A program made the position numbers and the translations under genes. Below the pieces are notes generated by a model. It did not search any database, was not told the origin of the DNA, and worked only from the letters and a program-made list of their open reading frames with translations. From NCBI GenBank assembly GCA_965214915.1, contig CBDCCP010000002.1:1419807-1483806 (forward strand): DNA of 64,000 nt, in the 5' to 3' direction. Below are positions 9,228 to 17,850 of this stretch, piece after piece; positions within the stretch are counted from its first letter, which is position 1, and every line of letters begins with the position of its first letter. The DNA is from Bryobacterales bacterium. Lineage in GTDB: Bacteria; Acidobacteriota; Terriglobia; Bryobacterales; UBA6623.

Positions 9228-10571
9228 TCAAACCGCAAGCGGTTCGAGCAATTCGCCGATCTTGCCTTGACTGTCCTGGAACGAGTCCAGCCGCACGCCG
9301 ACTTTGTCGAGCATGGTCAGGTGCAGATTGGCGAGGGGAGTAGCTTCCCCGTAACGGATGTGCCTCCCGCCTTTCATCCTGCCCGACGCCCCGCCGGCGA
9401 CCAAGATAGGCAAGTTCGTGTGGTCGTGGACGTTGGGGTTGCCCATTCCGCTGCCGTACATGTAAAGCGAGTGATCCAGCAACGTGCCGTCCCCTTCCCG
9501 CGTCGCCTTGAGCCTTTCCAGAAAGTAGGCGAAGAGCGAGACGTGGAATTGGTTGATCTTGGCGATCTTGGCAAGTTTTTCCGGCCTGTTGCCGTGGTGC
9601 GACGTGGGGTGATGCGGATCGGGCACGCCGGCCTCGGGGTATGTCCGGTTGCTGGCTTCGCGGGCGAGTTGGAAACTGATTACGCGCGTCACGTCGCCCT
9701 GCAGCGCCAAGACCTGGAGGTCGAACATCAGCTTGGCGTGGTCGGCGTATTCGACCGGCACGCCGATGGGGCGGTCGAGGTCCGGCAGGCGGCTGTCGGC
9801 CGTGTCCGCTTCGGCTCTCTGAATGCGGCGCTCGACCTCGCGAACGGTATCGAGATATTCGCCGACCTTCGCCCGGTCCGGGCCGCCGAGCTTGCCTTGC
9901 AGCCGGGAAATATCTTCGTTGACGAAATCGAGCAGGCTCGCCTTGCGGCGCAGCGCGGCGCGGCGCTCCACCGCCGTGCCGCCGTCGCCGAACAGGCGTT
10001 CGAAGACAATCCGCGGGTGCGCCTCGGCCGGCAACGGGGTCGTCGGCGACGACCACGACAAATTGTTCTGATAGACGCAGGCGAAACCGTTGTCGCACTG
10101 GCCCACGGTCTTGAGCAGATCCATCGCCATCTCCAGCGACGGAAGCTGCGTTTGCTGCCCGATTTGCTTGGCCGCGACCTGATCGACCGTGATTCCCAAA
10201 TGGTAGTCGGTGCTTTCGGTCCATTTGGCCTTCGCGGCGCTCAGGAATGCCGCGTTGGACGTCGCGTGCGTGCCCGGATAGGCGTTCTTCAACTCGAGGT
10301 TGGTGATGACCGTTACCTGATCCTTCACCGGCTCGAGCGAGCTCAGCGTCGGCGACAATGCCGACAGGTCGCTCTCGCTGCGCGGGGTCCACATCGAGAT
10401 ATTCGAGCCCATCGGGATATAGACGAATCCCAGACGGCGCACTCCTGCGGCATGGGTCTTGGCCTGAGCGGTCATCGACGGAACCATCGCGTCCAGCAAC
10501 GGCAACGCGACGGAAGCGCCGGCCCCGCGCAGAAACGTCCTCCGGGGCAGAGCTTTCTTGGTGAGAATCAT
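9228..10571 (-). CDS. DUF1552 family protein
   Basis: 447 aa; MILTKKALPRRTFLRGAGASVALPLLDAM Tat-like N-terminus with DUF1552-like sequence throughout. ATGA start/stop overlap with the upstream gene at 10568-10571. The 869-aa ORF in the track is an artefactual upstream extension. Confidence 0.85.
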   Translation of the reverse strand: MILTKKALPRRTFLRGAGASVALPLLDAMVPSMTAQAKTHAAGVRRLGFVYIPMGSNISMWTPRSESDLSALSPTLSSLEPVKDQVTVITNLELKNAYPGTHATSNAAFLSAAKAKWTESTDYHLGITVDQVAAKQIGQQTQLPSLEMAMDLLKTVGQCDNGFACVYQNNLSWSSPTTPLPAEAHPRIVFERLFGDGGTAVERRAALRRKASLLDFVNEDISRLQGKLGGPDRAKVGEYLDTVREVERRIQRAEADTADSRLPDLDRPIGVPVEYADHAKLMFDLQVLALQGDVTRVISFQLAREASNRTYPEAGVPDPHHPTSHHGNRPEKLAKIAKINQFHVSLFAYFLERLKATREGDGTLLDHSLYMYGSGMGNPNVHDHTNLPILVAGGASGRMKGGRHIRYGEATPLANLHLTMLDKVGVRLDSFQDSQGKIGELLEPLAV

Positions 10572-12904
10572 CGTGACCTCCTCATCTGAAACGGAACGCT
10601 TGAGGTTATCCCCAGGATAAGGGATGAGAGACGGTAATTGTCGGCGCTTGCCTCGCGGACGATCTTGCGCACGGCCGGGCCGTCGTAGGTTTCGACGCCG
10701 CGGCCGAGGGCGAAAGTCAGCAATTTCTCGGTCACCGTGCCGGCAAAGACCTCGGGGCGCCGCAGCAGCGCCTGCTCCAAGCCGGCGACCCCGGAAAACT
10801 CGCTGCCGTCCGGCAAGCCGCCGGCGGCATCGATCGCGGCGCCGGACTCCATCGTTCTCCAGCGGCCCACGGCGTCGAAATTCTCGAGCGAAAAGCCAAC
10901 GGGATCGATCAAGTTGTGGCAACCCGAGCAAGCCGGATTGGCGCGGTGCTCGGCCAGCCGCTCGCGGACCGAAAGGCTGCCGCTCACCGTGTTGTCCTTC
11001 AGCGCCGGGACGTTCGCGGGCGGCGGAGGCGGCGGAATGCCGAGGATATTTTCGAGCACCCATTTCCCGCGGATGACCGGCGAGGTGCGCGTGGCGTAGG
11101 ATGTCGCGGTCAAAATACTGCCTTGGCGCAGGAGCCCGCCCCGGCGGCTGTCCGCCTCGAGCGCGACGCGGCGGAATCGGCTGCCGTACACGTTGGGAAT
11201 GCCGTAATGCTTGGCCAGCCTCTGGTTCAGGAAGGTGTAGTCCGCCTGCAGCAGGTCGATGACGCTGCGGTCTTCGCGCAGGACGCTTTCGAAAAACAAT
11301 TCCGTTTCCCGGCGGAAGGCTTGCCGCAAATTGTCGTCGAAATCCGTGAAGAGGCGCATGTCCGGCGTGATCGCCTCCAGGTTGCGCAGGTACAGCCACT
11401 GGGACGCAAAATTGCCGACCAGGTTGCCGGCGCGGTCGTCCGCGAGCATCCTGCGCACATGGCGCTCGTAAACATCGGGATTCGACAACTCGCCGCGAAC
11501 GGCCGCGTCGAGCAGTTCGTCGTCGGGAATGCTGCTCCAGAGAAAGAACGACAGGCGGGAAGCCAACTCCATATCGCCGAGGCGGTAAGCCGAGCCGGGC
11601 GCGGCGCCGTCGGGGTCGCGTTCGATGCGGAAAAAGAACTCGGGACTCACCAGCACGGCGGCAAGCGCCCGTTCGACCCCCGCCTCGAAACCGTCCGCCG
11701 CGGCGGCCTCGCGGAAAAACGCGAGCGGTTTTTCCAGATCGCCTGCCGTTACCGGCCGGCGGTACGCGCGGCGGATCAACGTACTTAGAATACGCTTGGC
11801 GCATTCTTCTTCCCCGCTGCTCGATGCGGGCTTGCAAACCAGGATGCGCCGGCGGCTCGGCGTATCGCCGGGGCGCGCCTCTCCGTACGGTCCGTTGACG
11901 GTAATCGAGAACACGGCGGGCTGGATGCGAGGATGCCTGTAGAAGTTGAAGGCCGCTTGGTAGGGTTGCCGTTCGGTAACGAGCAGGGCCGAAGGCTTTT
12001 TCAAGAACGTGGCGGCCAGCTCATGCGGCCCGGCTTTCACCGGAAGGCGGATCTTGAGATGCTTGTCCGCGCTGTGGTGATCCAGGCGGTCCGACGGCGG
12101 CGCGATGGTGAACAAGGCGATCCGCTCGCGGTCGAGCGCCAATTCGATCTCATGCGGCTCGCGCAAGCCCTCGATGTGCTCGTCGCGGTCCCGCGAGAGC
12201 CGGATATGGATTTCGTATTCCGCATCGAGGGGAAAATTGTGGCTGACCTTGGCGCCGCCGCGGGTGCCGATCGGAAGACCGTCGAAGTGTTCCTCCTGCG
12301 TCAGATCCGGGCGCAGGCGGATCGTGCGGCCCTCCGGAGATTTGCGCGGCCCGCCGATCGCGAGACGGCTGATCTTTTCGGCTGCGTTGACGTAGCTCTC
12401 GAGCAGCGTGGGCGAGAGATCGGCGACGGTGATGTTGTCGAAACCGCGGCTCGACTCGTCGCCGGGCAGCAAGGCGGTTACATCGACATCGAGAGCGAGC
12501 AGGTCGCGGACCGCGTTGCGGTATTCCGTGCGGTTGAGCCGGCGGAAAGTGTCGGTCCGTCCGGGATTGGGGTTGGCCGCGGCATGAGCGTCGAGCGCCG
12601 ACTCCAACGAGGCGATCGCCGCCCGGTAGGTCTCTTCGTCCGGCCGCGGCATCCCCGCAGGCGGCATCTGGCGCGCGCGCAGCCGGCGGACGACTTTCTC
12701 CCACGTATCGGGCCGGCTCGCGGGGGCGTCAGCCGCGATTGCGTCCAGCGCCAACCCGCCCGTTTGCAAGCTCTGGTTATGGCAGGCGGCGCAATAACGA
12801 TCGACCAGAGCGCGGTGCGGCGGAGGCGCGCCGAAGCCGTAGGAGGCGCCGGCGAGAAGCAGCGCCAAGAGGCGGGGCCGCGTCCCGATCGGGTGTTGCA
12901 TCAT
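10568..12904 (-). CDS. DUF1592/DUF1588-family protein with N-terminal c-type heme motif
   Basis: 778 aa from ATG 12904 with signal peptide and CAACH heme-binding motif (YCAACHNQS). Size and sequence fit the DUF1587/1592/1595/1588/1585 proteins that are normally paired with DUF1552. Confidence 0.85.
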   Translation of the reverse strand: MMQHPIGTRPRLLALLLAGASYGFGAPPPHRALVDRYCAACHNQSLQTGGLALDAIAADAPASRPDTWEKVVRRLRARQMPPAGMPRPDEETYRAAIASLESALDAHAAANPNPGRTDTFRRLNRTEYRNAVRDLLALDVDVTALLPGDESSRGFDNITVADLSPTLLESYVNAAEKISRLAIGGPRKSPEGRTIRLRPDLTQEEHFDGLPIGTRGGAKVSHNFPLDAEYEIHIRLSRDRDEHIEGLREPHEIELALDRERIALFTIAPPSDRLDHHSADKHLKIRLPVKAGPHELAATFLKKPSALLVTERQPYQAAFNFYRHPRIQPAVFSITVNGPYGEARPGDTPSRRRILVCKPASSSGEEECAKRILSTLIRRAYRRPVTAGDLEKPLAFFREAAAADGFEAGVERALAAVLVSPEFFFRIERDPDGAAPGSAYRLGDMELASRLSFFLWSSIPDDELLDAAVRGELSNPDVYERHVRRMLADDRAGNLVGNFASQWLYLRNLEAITPDMRLFTDFDDNLRQAFRRETELFFESVLREDRSVIDLLQADYTFLNQRLAKHYGIPNVYGSRFRRVALEADSRRGGLLRQGSILTATSYATRTSPVIRGKWVLENILGIPPPPPPANVPALKDNTVSGSLSVRERLAEHRANPACSGCHNLIDPVGFSLENFDAVGRWRTMESGAAIDAAGGLPDGSEFSGVAGLEQALLRRPEVFAGTVTEKLLTFALGRGVETYDGPAVRKIVREASADNYRLSSLILGITSSVPFQMRRSR

Positions 12905-13178
12905 GCACTCACGCCTTTGCGGCGTTTCTTGTAAAGCCTCGCGCCCGCCGTCAACCGGACACACAGACAGGATTACTCAGTAATATACAGCAACCCGCAG
13001 ATCGAAGCAGGGACTTCAACAAGTTTTCGATCATTTTCCCCCTGCCCGCCGACAATCTTGGGGCTTCGCCGCCGCCGCCGATTCCTCAGGCGGGCATACC
13101 GTGGTATCTTATTTCCATGAAAAGCTCGGGAGCCGCCCGCCTGACGCGGCGCAGTCCGAAGCGCAACGGAATCACGGC

Positions 13179-14027
13179 ATGAAATCAACCTTGGGCGTAT
13201 TTACCGCCGCGGGCGCTCTCGCGCTTGCGGCAATGCCGGCGGCGGCGCAATCCTCCAACTCCGAGATTGCCCGTCTGGCCAACGGCAAACCCGACTTGAA
13301 CGGCATCTGGCAAGCACTGAACTCGGCCAATTACGATCTCGAGCGGCACATGGCCCGCGCTTCGCTGCAGCTTCGCGAAGGCCCCCACGGGCCGCTGCCC
13401 GATGTCCCGCTGCTGCGCCTCGGGGCCGTGGGCGCGGTTCCGGGCGGCATGGGCGTCGTCGAGGGCGGCAAGATACCCTATACGCCGGAAGCGGCGGCCA
13501 AAAGGGAAGAAAACCGCAAAAACTGGATCGACCGCGACCCCGAGATCAAATGCTACCTGCCGGGCGTGCCGCGCGCAAACTACATGCCCTTCCCCTTTCA
13601 AATTTTCCACAACGAGAACTCGATCTTCATCGCCTATGAATTCGCCGGCGCCACCCGCGAGGTCTACCTCGAAGACGTCGGCCCGGCCGAAACCGATTCC
13701 TGGATGGGGCAGTCCGTGGGCCGCTGGGAAGGCGATACCCTGGTCGTCGACGTCAGCGGACTCAGCGACCAGACATGGCTCGACCGCTCGGGGACGCACC
13801 ACAGCTACAAGATGCGCGTCACCGAGCGCTACACCCCGATCGGCCCCAACCACATCCAATACGAAGCAACCATCGAAGACCCGGAGGTCTTCACGCGGCC
13901 CTGGAAAATCAGCATGCCGCTTTACCGCCGCATCGAAGAAGGCGCGCGGCTGATGGATTTCAAATGCGTCGAGTTCGTCGAAGAGCTCATCTACGGCGAG
14001 TACCGCCGCAAACCGTTGGAGCGATAA
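13179..14027 (+). CDS. secreted protein, short member of the tandem paralog family (function unknown)
   Basis: ATG 13179 gives the signal MKSTLGVFTAAGALALAAMPAAAQ. It shares GKPDLNGIW at the N-terminus and GQSVGRWEGDTLVVDVSGL ... EDPEVFTRPW in the C-terminal half with the next three genes. Confidence 0.75.
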   Translation: MKSTLGVFTAAGALALAAMPAAAQSSNSEIARLANGKPDLNGIWQALNSANYDLERHMARASLQLREGPHGPLPDVPLLRLGAVGAVPGGMGVVEGGKIPYTPEAAAKREENRKNWIDRDPEIKCYLPGVPRANYMPFPFQIFHNENSIFIAYEFAGATREVYLEDVGPAETDSWMGQSVGRWEGDTLVVDVSGLSDQTWLDRSGTHHSYKMRVTERYTPIGPNHIQYEATIEDPEVFTRPWKISMPLYRRIEEGARLMDFKCVEFVEELIYGEYRRKPLER

Positions 14028-14043
14028 TCGGAGGAAACTTTCC

Positions 14044-15126
14044 ATGCTCGGCCGCTTAGCGATCGTTCTTGCCCTGTCCGCGATCGGAGGCGCGGCCTTG
14101 GCGGGCGCGGATATTCCCCGCGCCGCCGACGGGCGCCCCGACTTGTCGGGAACCTACGACGTCGCCACGCGCACGCCGCTGCAACGGCCGAAAGCGCTGG
14201 GCGAGAAGCTGACCCTGACCGCAGAGGAGGCGCAGGCCGTCGCCCGGCGGGAAGCGGAGATTGCGGCGCTGGCGGACGCGGCTTCCGATCCGAACCGCGA
14301 GGCTCCCGAGGTAGGGGGAGCGGGATTTGCCGGCGAGATCGACGTGCCCGAGCTCGACTTCGCCGCCGGCGAGGTCGGCGGCTACAACTGGTTCTGGATC
14401 GACCGCGGCAGCAGCGCGTTCCAGATCGACGGCGCTTGGCGGACCTCGATCATCGTCGATCCGCCGAACGGACGCCTGCCGCCAATGACGCCCCAGGCGC
14501 AAAAACGCGCCGCCGCGTTCGCCAAGATGTTCCGCCCGAACACCGGCACGGCCTGGTGGCTCGAAGCGGGACTCGACCCGGGTCCCTACGACGACCCCGA
14601 GCTGCGTCCCTTGGCCGAGCGCTGCCTGCTGGGCTTCGGCTCGACCGGCGGCCCGCCGATGCTGCCGGTGCTCTACAACAACTTGAAGCGCATCGTGCAG
14701 ACCGAAGACCACGTGTTGATCTTTGTCGAGATGGTGCATGACGCGCGCATCGTACGCATGAACGCCGAACATGCGCCGCCGGACGTGCGCAAGTGGATGG
14801 GCGATTCCGTCGGCCGTTGGGAAGGCGACACGCTGGTCGTCGACACGACCAACTTCACCGACCGGCCCGCATTGGCGAACGCTTCCAGAAACCTGCATGT
14901 CGTCGAGCGTTTCTCGCGCATCGACGCCGACACGCTGCTCTACAAGTTCACGGTCGAGGACCCGACCGTGTGGACCGCGCCGTGGAGCGGCGAATACGTC
15001 TGGCCGGCTAGCGGTCAGCGCGTGTACGAATACGCCTGCCACGAGGCCAACTACTCCTTCCAGGGCATCCTCGGAGGCGCCAGAGTCCTGGAAGCCGAGA
15101 TGGAAGGCAAAACCGACGACGAGTGA
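14044..15126 (+). CDS. secreted protein, tandem paralog B (function unknown)
   Basis: GGAGG-type RBS, then signal peptide and DIPRAADGRPDLSGTYDVATRTPLQRP. Conserved C-terminal half: RPLAERCLLGFGSTGGPPMLPVLYNNLKRIVQTEDH ... GRWEGDTLVVDTTNFTDRPAL ... YEYACHEANYSF. Confidence 0.85.
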   Translation: MLGRLAIVLALSAIGGAALAGADIPRAADGRPDLSGTYDVATRTPLQRPKALGEKLTLTAEEAQAVARREAEIAALADAASDPNREAPEVGGAGFAGEIDVPELDFAAGEVGGYNWFWIDRGSSAFQIDGAWRTSIIVDPPNGRLPPMTPQAQKRAAAFAKMFRPNTGTAWWLEAGLDPGPYDDPELRPLAERCLLGFGSTGGPPMLPVLYNNLKRIVQTEDHVLIFVEMVHDARIVRMNAEHAPPDVRKWMGDSVGRWEGDTLVVDTTNFTDRPALANASRNLHVVERFSRIDADTLLYKFTVEDPTVWTAPWSGEYVWPASGQRVYEYACHEANYSFQGILGGARVLEAEMEGKTDDE

Positions 15127-15133
15127 GGGGCTA

Positions 15134-16231
15134 ATGACTTTTTCCAACCCGGTCACATCTCGATTGCGCAGACTTTGCCTGCGCGGCGCGGCGGCGATTC
15201 CGCTTGCCGTTCTCGTCCTGGGGCCGGGCGCAGCGGGAGCGGACATTCCACGCCTGCCCGACGGTCGTCCGGACCTCTCCGGCGTTTACGACATCGCCAC
15301 TCTCACGCCCCTGCAGCGGCCGGCCAAATTCGGCGACAGGTTGACGCTGACCGACGCAGAAGCGGCGGCCATCGCGCAAGCCGAAGTCGAGTTCATGAAA
15401 AAGAGCGACGCCGCCTCCGACCCCGAGCGCGGCGCGCCGCCCACCGGCGGAGACGGCACGACGGGCGGCAAGGGGAACGTCGGCGGCTACAATTCGCTGT
15501 GGTACGGACGCGGCACGTCGGCGGTCAAGGTCGACGGCCAATGGCGCACGTCGATTATCACCGACCCGCCCAACGGGCAGCGCCCGCCGCTGACGCCCGA
15601 GGCCAAGGAGAAAGCAGCGGCGCGCGCCCGGCTCTTCCGCAAGAACACCGGCGAGGCTTGGTGGCTCGAAGCGGGACTCGACCCCGGCCCCTACGACAAC
15701 CCGGAAATCCGCCCCCTGGCCGAGCGTTGCCTGCTGGGCTTCGGCTCCACCGGCGGCCCGCCGATGTTGCCCGTCCTGTACAACAATCTGAAGCGCATCG
15801 TGCAGACCGAGGATCACGTCATGATTCTCGTCGAGATGGTTCACGACGTACGCATCGTGCGCATGAACGCCGAACATGCGCCGCCGGACGTGCGCAAATG
15901 GCTGGGCGATTCCGTGGGCCATTGGGAAGGCGATACGCTCGTCGTCGATACGACCAATTTCACCGACCGACCCGCCTTGGCGAACGCTTCCAGAAACCTG
16001 CATGTCGTCGAGCGTTTCTCGCGCATCGACGCCGACACGCTGCTCTACAAGTTCACGGTCGAAGACCCCACCGTATGGACCGCGCCGTGGAGCGGCGAAT
16101 ACGTCTGGCCGGCGAGCGATCAGCGCGTGTACGAATACGCCTGCCACGAAGGGAATTACTCCTTCCGCGGCATTCTCGCCGGCGCCAGAACTCTTGAGGC
16201 GGAGGCGGCGGACAAGACGGACGACGAATGA
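15134..16231 (+). CDS. secreted protein, tandem paralog C (function unknown)
   Basis: ATG 15134, 7 nt after the previous stop (MTFSNPVTSRLRRLCLRGAAAIPLAVLVLG signal). C-terminal half is nearly identical to paralog B. The track ORF 14771..16231 is an upstream extension. Confidence 0.85.
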   Translation: MTFSNPVTSRLRRLCLRGAAAIPLAVLVLGPGAAGADIPRLPDGRPDLSGVYDIATLTPLQRPAKFGDRLTLTDAEAAAIAQAEVEFMKKSDAASDPERGAPPTGGDGTTGGKGNVGGYNSLWYGRGTSAVKVDGQWRTSIITDPPNGQRPPLTPEAKEKAAARARLFRKNTGEAWWLEAGLDPGPYDNPEIRPLAERCLLGFGSTGGPPMLPVLYNNLKRIVQTEDHVMILVEMVHDVRIVRMNAEHAPPDVRKWLGDSVGHWEGDTLVVDTTNFTDRPALANASRNLHVVERFSRIDADTLLYKFTVEDPTVWTAPWSGEYVWPASDQRVYEYACHEGNYSFRGILAGARTLEAEAADKTDDE

Positions 16232-16281
16232 GCTTTTATGCTAATATCGCCGCAGCAAAGCGGACAGTAGGGAGGTTTACG

Positions 16282-17358
16282 ATGCACAGCCGTATTGCCA
16301 TGTTTCTTGCAGCTCTGGCCTTGGCCGCGGGCGCGGCGGCCGCCGACGATATCCCGCGCATGCCGAACGGCCGGCCGGACCTTTCCGGCACGTACGATAT
16401 CGCCACGCTGACGCCGCTGCAGCGTCCCAAGCACTACGGCGACAAGCTGACGCTGACCGACGAAGAAGCGCAGGAGATCGCCCGCAAGGAGGCCGAGCGG
16501 AATGCCTCCAGAAACGCCGCGTCCGACCCCAACCGCAGCGCGCCTCCCGAAGGGGGCGACGGCTCCGCGGGCGCGGCGGGAAACGTCGGCGGCTACAACA
16601 CGTTCTGGATCGACCGCGGCTCGGGAGCGATCAAGGTCGACGGCCAATGGCGCACCTCCATCATCGTCGACCCGCCCGACGGCCAACGCCCGCCGACCAC
16701 GGCCGCCGCCAAGCAGCGCGCGAAAGAACGCGCCAATATCTTCCGCCCGAACGCCGGCAAAAACATGAACAAGGGCCGTGCCTGGTGGATCGAGGAAAAG
16801 CTGCCGCTGGGGCCGTACGACGACCCCGAAATCCGCCCCTTGGCCGAACGCTGCCTGTTGGGCTTCGGCTCCACCGGCGGCCCGCCGATGCTGCCGGTGC
16901 TCTATAACAACCTGAAGCGCATCGTGCAGACCGAGGATCACATTTTGATCTTCGTCGAGATGGTCCACGATGCGCGCATCGTGCGCATGAACGCCGAACA
17001 CGCGCCGCCGGACGTACGCAAGTGGATGGGCGATTCCGTCGGCCGGTGGGAAGGCGACACCCTGGTCATCGACACCACGAACTTCAATGACCGGCCCGCG
17101 CTATCGGGCGCGACGCGAGACCTGCACGTTGTCGAACGCTTTACCCGCATCGACAAAGACACGCTGCTCTACCGCTTTACGGTGGAAGACCCGAACGTCT
17201 GGACCGCGCCGTGGAGCGGCGAATACACTTGGCCGGCGAGCGACAATCGCGTGTACGAATACGCCTGCCACGAAGCTAACTACTCGTTCGGCGGCATCCT
17301 GCGGGGCGCGCGCATCCTCGAAGCCGACCTGCAAGCGGAAACGGGCGGCGAAGAATAA
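16282..17358 (+). CDS. secreted protein, tandem paralog D (function unknown)
   Basis: ATG 16282 preceded by GGAGG (16271-16275); MHSRIAMFLAALALAAGAAAA signal; same conserved blocks as B and C. Confidence 0.85.
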   Translation: MHSRIAMFLAALALAAGAAAADDIPRMPNGRPDLSGTYDIATLTPLQRPKHYGDKLTLTDEEAQEIARKEAERNASRNAASDPNRSAPPEGGDGSAGAAGNVGGYNTFWIDRGSGAIKVDGQWRTSIIVDPPDGQRPPTTAAAKQRAKERANIFRPNAGKNMNKGRAWWIEEKLPLGPYDDPEIRPLAERCLLGFGSTGGPPMLPVLYNNLKRIVQTEDHILIFVEMVHDARIVRMNAEHAPPDVRKWMGDSVGRWEGDTLVIDTTNFNDRPALSGATRDLHVVERFTRIDKDTLLYRFTVEDPNVWTAPWSGEYTWPASDNRVYEYACHEANYSFGGILRGARILEADLQAETGGEE

Positions 17359-17379
17359 CAATTAGCGATAGACTAAGCA

Positions 17380-17844
17380 ATGGTGAAGGCAATGGACGTC
17401 AAATCGTTTTCTCGTTTCACGGCTGCGGTCCTGCTCTCGGGACTCGCCGCGGCCGCCATTCTCGTCTTGATCCAAGCGCCGGCGGAAGCGCACCATGCGT
17501 TCGGCGCCGAGTTCGATCCCAAGCGGCCGCTGCTGCTGAAGGGTCCCGTGGTCCGTGTGGAGTGGGTGAATCCGCACACCTGGATTCATATGGAAGTCAC
17601 AGCCGACGACGGCAAGACAGAAGTCTGGATGGTCGAGGGCGGCACGCCCAATAGCCTCCTCCGCCGCGGCCTCAAGCGAGACACCATCAAGCCCGGCCAG
17701 GTCATCGTCGTCGACGGCTATCAGGCCAAGGACCGCTCCAACCGGGCCAACGGCCGCGACGTGACCTTCGAGGACGGCAGGAAATTCTTCATGGGCTCAT
17801 CCGGCACCGGCGCGCCCTACGACAAGGAGCGCCGCGGCCGATAA
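17380..17844 (+). CDS. DUF6152-like small secreted protein
   Basis: 154 aa. The signal peptide ends ...APAEA and is followed by HHAFGAEFD and VRVEWVNPHTWIHMEV, the His-His N-terminus and beta-rich body I associate with DUF6152. 21 nt after paralog D. Confidence 0.6.
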   Translation: MVKAMDVKSFSRFTAAVLLSGLAAAAILVLIQAPAEAHHAFGAEFDPKRPLLLKGPVVRVEWVNPHTWIHMEVTADDGKTEVWMVEGGTPNSLLRRGLKRDTIKPGQVIVVDGYQAKDRSNRANGRDVTFEDGRKFFMGSSGTGAPYDKERRGR

Positions 17845-17850
17845 AAGCGC

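Noticed and set aside
9228-11837. 869-aa ORF suggesting a giant DUF1552 fusion
   Set aside because: The upstream 420 codons are an out-of-frame read-through of the DUF1592 gene with Arg/Pro-rich junk. The DUF1552 protein starts at ATG 10571, with an ATGA overlap.
12975-12985. Palindrome TTACTCAGTAA in the divergent promoter region between the DUF1592 operon and the paralog operon
   Set aside because: A single 11-bp dyad with no second copy, too short to call a regulator site.
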